Source of the DNA: Paraspadella gotoi
Taxonomy: Eukaryota; Animalia; Chaetognatha
Length of the DNA: 14,050 bases
NCBI GenBank assembly: GCA_051294375.1
Contig: JBJCIZ010000570.1
Span: 1-14,050, forward strand
Reading direction: 5' to 3'
The notes under the pieces were generated by a model. That model saw nothing but the letters and a program-made list of their open reading frames with translations, did not search any database and was not told the origin of the DNA. Numbering within the stretch: position 1 is the stretch's first letter; every line of letters starts with the position of its first letter. This document shows, piece by piece, positions 7,628 through 14,050 of this stretch. The translations under genes were made by a program, and so were the position numbers.

Positions 7628-10052
7628 TGTCGCATCAATTAGATGGGTTGGGATTGATAAATGCGCGGCTCGAAATTCGGCTTGATTTGATTTGAGGACC
7701 TTTGATCGACACCGGTGATCCGGACTGAACAACGTTGACCGGCAGCCGTTGATCCGGCTGCGCGGTTGATCCGGCAGCCGCGCCTCCCGCCGGAGTTTCG
7801 CCGCTCGCTTCTCTGTCGGTGACGAAAGGGGAAAGTCGTCGATTCGAATTTGTGATCCGTGAACGCGAAATCGAAAAGTGAAAAAACGCGCGGGTGTGGA
7901 TGCGGTTGTTTTTCGGGTGGGGTAAAGAAGGGGCTGACAAGTTGGATGAGAATGGGGTCCGTCGAAGGATGGGGTGAGAAGGGGCCCGGGTTTAGGTGGA
8001 GGAGAGAAGGGGAGAGGCGGCCGAAGAAAAAAGCAACGGTATGGATTTGCGGACGAAGTGTTGGGCGTGAAATGTGGGCGATGAAGATGGAGTGATGATG
8101 GTTGTCGGGGCTGTTCGAGATTCCATCGACGGCGTCGCTAGAAACGTCGGCCTCGTTTTCTTTTCGTTCTTGATCTTTCGCGTTGTCTCGCGGATGTTTT
8201 TCAGATTCGAAAAGTCACGACCCCTGACCCGTTGGTTGTCTTATTGTTTTTGTTTGTCGTCCTTGTTCTTAGCAGGTCTGCGTGTTAACTCTGTCTGACG
8301 TTCGCTTGGGCAGCTTTTAGTTGATGAATGTATTGCTGCTGATTGTAGTCCGTAAATGGCGTTGATTTTCTTGGTTTTGGATTTTTGGTTGCTTGTGTAT
8401 TTCTGACTCGCGTGAAAAACGCGCCAAACACAATTCCCCGTCAGGAGTCCCATTGAGAGAGTTAAGGCATGTAAAGCAATGTCGTGTGTCGTAATCTCTC
8501 CGGCCCCCCGCCTCCTCCGCCCTCCTCCGCCTCCTCCTCCTCCTCCCCTCCTCCTCCTTATCCCTCGTATTCCTTGGGCCAGTTAAAGTCGTTTGTGCTG
8601 GGCTTTTCTTCTCGGTTCCTCTGTCGTGACGCCATAGTTCTTTCGGTCGTCTCGTCTGCGTCCGTCGTCCTCCCCGTTCGCCGGCCGGAAATGGAGTCGG
8701 TCCCACCGACGCCGCCTCCCGGGCGTCCATTCCATTTCCGGCAGTCACGCCCCCCGAGGCGCGACGCGGCGCCGCCCGATCCAAACTGTGGTACGCCCAC
8801 GCCCACTTCTTTTTCGACGTTTGCGCCAATGCGGCGCGGCGCGGCGGCGGCGCGGCGCGGGCGGCGGGGCGGCTGCGGACAGCGGCGTCCGTCTCGATTT
8901 CGGGCGCGCCCTCGGGCGTCTCTGCGCGCTCTTCCTCGACCCGCGCCCTTTTCGGGACCCGGACGTTCCTTTTCGGTTCGACCGCGATCTTGCAACGAAG
9001 CGAACCGCCGGCCTCCCGCCTCCGTATTTTTTTGCCGGCGCGCGCGAATGAGCGCCCGTCGCAGTGGAAAGGCGGCGCCGTGGAGGCGCTCCGCCGAAAA
9101 AGTGTGACGCGCTGGATTTTGAAACGGCGTCCGTCGCGATGACGAGACGGATATAATCGCCATCGGTGAGCCAAGAGAGGAAACGCCGATGGGAAAACGT
9201 CAGCGCCAAAAAAGGAGAACGTCAGGGAGGACTTGGCATCACCAACGGCGGGCGGCCGTCAAAGGGCCGCGCACGCCTGTCAGTCGGCGGCCACCGTCGC
9301 CAGTCGGTAACTTGCGTTTCAACGACGACGACAACGAAAGACGAAATGGGCATCCTTTTTGGTCTCCTCTCACAGGCGTCGTCGTTCGTTGTCGTCGTCG
9401 TCGTCGTCACGCAACGCGTTGCCGATTTTCCCCACCCGTCCAAGCCGCTCGCGGTAGCCATGAAACAAAGGACGCCGAAGAGCAGCCGCCGACGCCGCCG
9501 ACGCGTCTTTTGCCAAGAAACCGTCGGAGAAGAAATATGGGCTGGCCCGCGAACCGACGCAGAGGGAAAGCGGAAGCGACGCGCGAAGGAAAGCGGGGCT
9601 GGAGGAGGAAAGGTGAGGAGAGTTAGGGTGGGGGGGAAGTGGGAGAGGTTGGCTGCGGTGGAAGGGGGTCTCAATGGTTAAGAAGAGGTTGAGCCGGCTT
9701 GAGGAGAAGATTGAGAGGAGAAACTCAGATTAGGAATGGAAGTTGAGGGAGTAAAGTCGAGGAGTGAGCGTCCGGGAACTGGAATGAGCGCCGAAATAGT
9801 TGTAGTTAGAGAACCGGCCGGAGTTGAGACGGAGGAAGATGCAGGAGAACAAGGGGTTTGAGGGGGTGCGAAGATGAAGGAGAAACAGGGGCTTTTGAGG
9901 GGTGGAAGATGAGTGAAGAACAAAGGAGTTTGAGGTCCGCGGGAAACCGGCGATCGACGGACCAGCGCGCTGTCGTGAAACGTCGGGAGACGTTGTCAAA
10001 AAAACGGAGGAAAAGAATCCTGGCTAAGGAAGGGGGCGTCGACTGTGGCGGG

Positions 10053-10088
10053 CGACGACGACGACGCGACGACGACGACGACGACGAC
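10053..10088. repeat. (GAC)n trinucleotide repeat
   Basis: cgacgacgacgacg-cgacgacgacgacgacgacgac. Confidence 0.9.
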
Positions 10089-11150
10089 AGGGGAAAAACC
10101 GATTTTGTTGTCCCTAAAAGTTGCTGGAGCGAACGGAGACGGCGCGCGGAGGCGAGGAGAACTGGCGGCGCGCGCGGCGGACCGGCGCGCGGCCGAGGAG
10201 GCGGCGTGCAGAGATCATAGCCTTTCGTCGTTTCTTCTGGTCGTTTCGTCGGTTGTTTCATTTTCTTGGCCAGCATGGCGGCAGCGGGTGAGGGTCAATT
10301 TCTTTCTTTCTTTCTATTATTTATTTTTATTTGAGGTGGGCGGCTGAAGGTCGGAGTGATGTGAAGCGAAAATCCAAACGAAAGTCGAAAGAAGCTGATG
10401 AGAAAGGTTTTTGATTGGTTGATCTATCGTCGGGATTTGATATGGAATCGCTGACACGATGGAGCGAAAACTGACGCCGGATTAATGTTCTTCTTTTTTT
10501 TTCTGGTTGAGTTAATTTTCCGTCGCGCGCGAACGAACGAAGAAAAGACTTTTTTGCCGGGTTCAGGCTGCGAAACAAGAGACAAGAAAATGAATGAAGT
10601 CAAAAGTGAGCATGACGAGAAACGGCGGAAGAAAGTTGAAGAAAAAAAAGAGAAAAGAAAAGAAAAAGAAAAAAAGTCGGGAAAATAGAAAAATAAGTTT
10701 TCCCTGAAGAAAAAAAAATGACGCGCATAAAAAAAAAAAAAAAAAAGAACAAAAAGAAAGAAGGAAAAGTATAACGAAAAATCTCAGCCGGACGTGGCAT
10801 GACGACGACGATAATATGGACGATTTAATACGTTACGACGACGACGATACTGTGACGTTGGAGTTATTAATGATAAACTGAACCGAGACAAAAACCAAAA
10901 AACCGTAGTCCACTAAATGGAATGAAAAAAATCTAAGTTTAGAATGCGTTCACGCAAAAACTGCGGCCACCTTAATTACTCGAAATGGTTTAGTAAAAAA
11001 CACGATAGGCCGTTTAAAATGGATCCGAAATGAACGACGCATCTAAATGCGATCGAAAATGGAATCCAAAGAAAAGAAGCATACTAAATGGATTTAGCGC
11101 ACTCGCCACATTTCGACTTCCCCTCCGACGCAGTCATTTCCCGTCAAGCT

Positions 11151-11164
11151 TCTCTCTCTCTCTG

Positions 11165-11224
<60 letters not shown>
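11151..11224. repeat. (CT)n microsatellite
   Basis: Direct reading. Confidence 0.95.
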
Positions 11225-11230
<6 letters not shown>

Positions 11231-11465
11231 TCCCTCGCCCATTCACGAACCCCCGTCTCTGTTTTGACCCTCTTGTTATCTCGTTTACCATGGAAAACCC
11301 ACTGTTAGCCGTTGTTGTGGTTGACGTCATGTGGGCGCGGGTTCCATTGTTTGTGCCAAACGTCTGTGCGCTGTTTTCGTCTCGCAAATCTCGTGTTTTT
11401 CCAGGTTTAATGGACTCCTGCTTCTCTCTGCGGCTCTCGCAGGCGCCGCGTCACAATCGTTATCC

Positions 11466-11506
11466 TCGTCGTTTTCGTCGTCGTCGTCGTTGTCGTCGTC
11501 GTCGTC
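11466..11506. repeat. (TCG)n trinucleotide repeat
   Basis: tcgtcgttttcgtcgtcgtcgtcgttgtcgtcgtcgtcgtc. Confidence 0.9.
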
Positions 11507-11699
11507 ACGTTAAAGTCTCCTTGGTATTTTTATTTTTTATGTTATTGATTTTCTTCGTCCGATGAAGGACGAAAAATATAATCGTGGGTTTTTTCCTTTT
11601 TTTGGGCGAGTTACAGTTTTATTACAGTAACTTTTTCTTTACTCGAATAAAGTGAGGGAGTGGATATCTCTCAAACTTGAGTGTTGAAATCAGCTCAGC

Positions 11700-12430
11700 T
11701 TTGAGCAATAGATGCAGGAACGTTAGGTTTATTGCCCGTTTGAAGGATTTTTAAAAATTCAAAAAAATTGCGCTCAGCACCAAAATTTTTACAATATTTG
11801 CTCTAACGCGGTTATTAATGAAGCTAGTCCTATCATTTTTGCTCATAATATACTCCGAGACGAGGCCTACATAATGATGTAATAAAATTTTTGAATTAAT
11901 TTAATTTTTTTGTTTTAAAAATTAAATCACTCAAAAAAAATTCAAGAGTAGTCTTAAAAGGTGCAAGGTAATTAATTCCATTTTTATACAAAATGATACT
12001 TTGAAGAAGACCAGTTTTAATAAAAAACAATTAAATTTTAAAAAATTATTTTAAATACCAAAAATATTTTTTGAAAATTCTAAAAATTAATCATAGTCTT
12101 AAAACTAATTAAAAATATTTTAAAAAAATTAATGGGTTTGAAAAGAGGACATTATGCTGATTCCAAATCTGTTTTTGTTTTTTAAATTTGATTATTTGTT
12201 CCGGTTTTACAGGCTCATACATTTGTAAAAATTAAAAAAATCACCCCTTTTTCAAAACCCTTATAAAAACTGAACGGGGCCATGTATTTGAAAAAAAAAA
12301 ATGAAATTAACTTTAAAAATGTAATATCTTCTTGCTATTAAAATTTTAAATGAGAAGAAAAAGATTTGCCAAAGATATCAAAGGAAGAAGTGGCATTATT
12401 TAATTTTTAATGAAAAAAATGATGATTTTG
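11700..12430. mobile_element. Possible remnant of an AT-rich non-autonomous DNA transposon
   Basis: Abrupt switch to very AT-rich sequence of alternating A/T runs with a recurring TAGTCTTAAAA (~11949, ~12094). No terminal repeats found, so boundaries are approximate. Confidence 0.25.
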
Positions 12431-12600
12431 AGAAGGATAAGGTACCGATCGTTTTTCTTTTGATTATATTACAAGTTTTTTTTTTTTATACTTCAGATTG
12501 AATTCCCATGTATAAAAAATAAAAAATAGAACGAAGAAAGAAAGAAAAAGGTTAAAAAAAAAAAATAGAAAAAGAAAGAAAGAAAGAAAGAAAAAAGGGG

Positions 12601-12886
12601 TGTATTGAACTAAGTTCGGAGAACTGGCTGTCTTTGAGTTCTAACTGACTAGGCTAATTCTGCGCATTGAAGACCAAAGGAATTCAGGTAAAAATGGCGC
12701 AGAAGAGACGATGGCGCTGGTCAAAACACCCTGGAGATTATGACGACCAAAGTCTCAGTAGAACGACGTAGCTAAGTCTGAAGAACGACGAACTACGAAG
12801 CCCAGTACTTGACAAAGTGTCAATGTATGTCTGATGCTTGTTGTTGTTAGAAGTTCTGGGCAAGGAATAACAAAACATTTAATACA
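12601..12886 (+). mobile_element. Candidate LTR (286 bp) preceded by a polypurine tract
   Basis: Begins TGTATT and ends AATACA (6-bp perfect inverted ends, TG...CA). Directly preceded by AAAAAAGGGG. AATAAC near the 3' end. Higher complexity than the A-rich flanks. No TSD or second copy in the window. Confidence 0.4.
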
Positions 12887-12949
12887 AACTCAGCAAATAT
12901 ATATAAGTTTAAAGTGCTTTCTTACTTTTTTTTGAAGCCAATAATAACC

Positions 12950-13092
12950 AAAAAGAAAGAAAGAAAGAAATTAAAAAAGAAAGATAGAAAAAAGAAAAAG
13001 AAAAAGAAAGGGGGAAAAACAAAAATAGAAATAAAGAAAAAAGAAAAGAAAAGAAAGAAAGAAAGAAAGAAAAAAAAAGAAGAAAGAGAGAA
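12950..13092. repeat. (AAAG/AAAAAG)n purine tract
   Basis: Direct reading; similar tract at 12515-12596. Confidence 0.9.
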
Positions 13093-13283
13093 TTAAAAAT
13101 AAAGAAACGGAATAAGTTAAATACATCATAGCACTACAGTACCGCATGACGCCCTGCTATGACGAAGGTCAACATTCTTATAAAATTTGCTTGTACTTTC
13201 GTTTTCGTCCTGATTTTCAAAAAAAAAAGTCTAAAAACGATTTTAGTTGGCAACCTTCGTCCAAACGTCCATTTTCTGGCGCC

Positions 13284-13310
13284 GGATAAGGATAAGGATA
13301 AGGATAGGAT
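13284..13310. repeat. (GGATAA)n hexamer repeat
   Basis: ggataa ggataa ggataa ggatag gat. Confidence 0.9.
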
Positions 13311-13502
13311 CTGCGGCATGCTTCCATCTCAATCTCATCTCAGCGCCGTCTTCTTTATGACGCGAAGACATTGTGAGTTTATTCAGTTTGTTGTTGATGT
13401 CAAAAAATGTAATGTCGGAAATGTTGTGATTTTGGAGGCTGTAGGATGAGTCGAACATATCATCAACGGAATGGACCTATAGCCGCGACCTTGTTGGTCT
13501 AG

Positions 13503-13692
13503 TGATGTGATTGCTCGTCTCCTTCACGAATTATCAGAATGCCGAAGAATCACAGACCTTCGTTCAAACCTTAGATTGATCAATCAAGAACAGAGGAACC
13601 GACGGAGGTCGACAGTCAAAATTGTTGAGAGAACTCTCGCATTCTCCCAACATCCAAACTCAACTCAAGAAAAGAACTCTTCTTCAAATTAA
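13503..13692 (+). CDS. Candidate terminal coding exon (DVIARLLHELSECRRITDLRSNLRLINQEQRNRRRSTVKIVERT...SSN*), unknown product
   Basis: Non-repetitive ORF after a possible acceptor ggtcTAG| (13502). In frame with an upstream mini-exon 13344-13372 (RRLLYDAKT) ending at donor GTGAGT (13373). No start codon or homology recognised. Confidence 0.25.
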
Positions 13693-14050
13693 TCATTAAA
13701 TTGTTTATATTGTCATCACCTTTGTCGTAACCGTTGTCATCACCTTAATCATTGTCCCAAATATCTCAATACTGGCCACTTATTATTTACCCTCGATATT
13801 TGACTATACTCAACGATATGATTATAAAGACATTGGAACCCATGAAAGAATGAGCGCGACCTACTCTATCTAGATTTTTGCAGGAGTCCAACAAAATATT
13901 TTTTAAGGACAGAGAAAAAATAATGATCCACCGAAAATGAAAATTATAATTGTAAAATTTATTAGAATTTGAAAAGGAGAAGCAAGCAAAATATTAATCA
14001 TTTAATTAACTACTCTATCAATCAATCAATAAATAAATCAATTAAACATT

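Larger units (their letters stand above)
7270..11560. promoter_or_regulatory. CpG/GC-rich island (core ~8480-10280), likely promoter/enhancer/5'UTR region
   Basis: Dense CpG and GCG/GAC repeats against AT-rich flanks, bracketed by (CT)n tracts. Overlapping ORFs in many frames with no coherent protein. Function inferred. Confidence 0.45.

Noticed and set aside
8317-10347. Overlapping Arg/Pro/Ala/Gly-rich ORFs of 100-285 aa
   Set aside because: Open in several frames on both strands because of high GC; no domain or convincing exon structure.
13161-13261. 9-bp inverted repeat GACGAAGGT/ACCTTCGTC
   Set aside because: Too short, with no TSD, to call a MITE.
13710-13746. 12-bp unit repeat TTGTCATCACCT
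   Set aside because: Small local duplication with no evident function.
1-14050. Conserved miRNA, tRNA, rRNA or snRNA genes
   Set aside because: None recognised by eye; an Rfam/Infernal scan would be needed to exclude them.

Overview
Eukaryotic DNA, most likely an invertebrate animal (organism not identifiable). It is mostly non-coding and low-complexity, with no recognisable protein domain, RNA gene, CRISPR array or bacterial gene. Almost all ORFs in the supplied track are by-products of microsatellites, purine tracts or a GC/CpG-rich island. Best-supported features: (1) a DINE-1/HINE-like non-autonomous Helentron-type element at ~504-1304; (2) a ~600-bp MITE-like element with terminal inverted repeats at ~3550-4150; (3) a possible LTR with a polypurine tract at 12601-12886; (4) many SSRs and a 43-bp minisatellite; (5) a CpG-rich regulatory-looking island (~7270-11560) flanked by (CT)n tracts. 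Consensus splice sites and strand skew suggest a minus-strand spliced transcript running from the island leftwards. The most striking unexplained structure is a ~126-nt foldback hairpin at 9302-9427. I cannot demonstrate a new biological system from sequence alone; the findings are leads to test.
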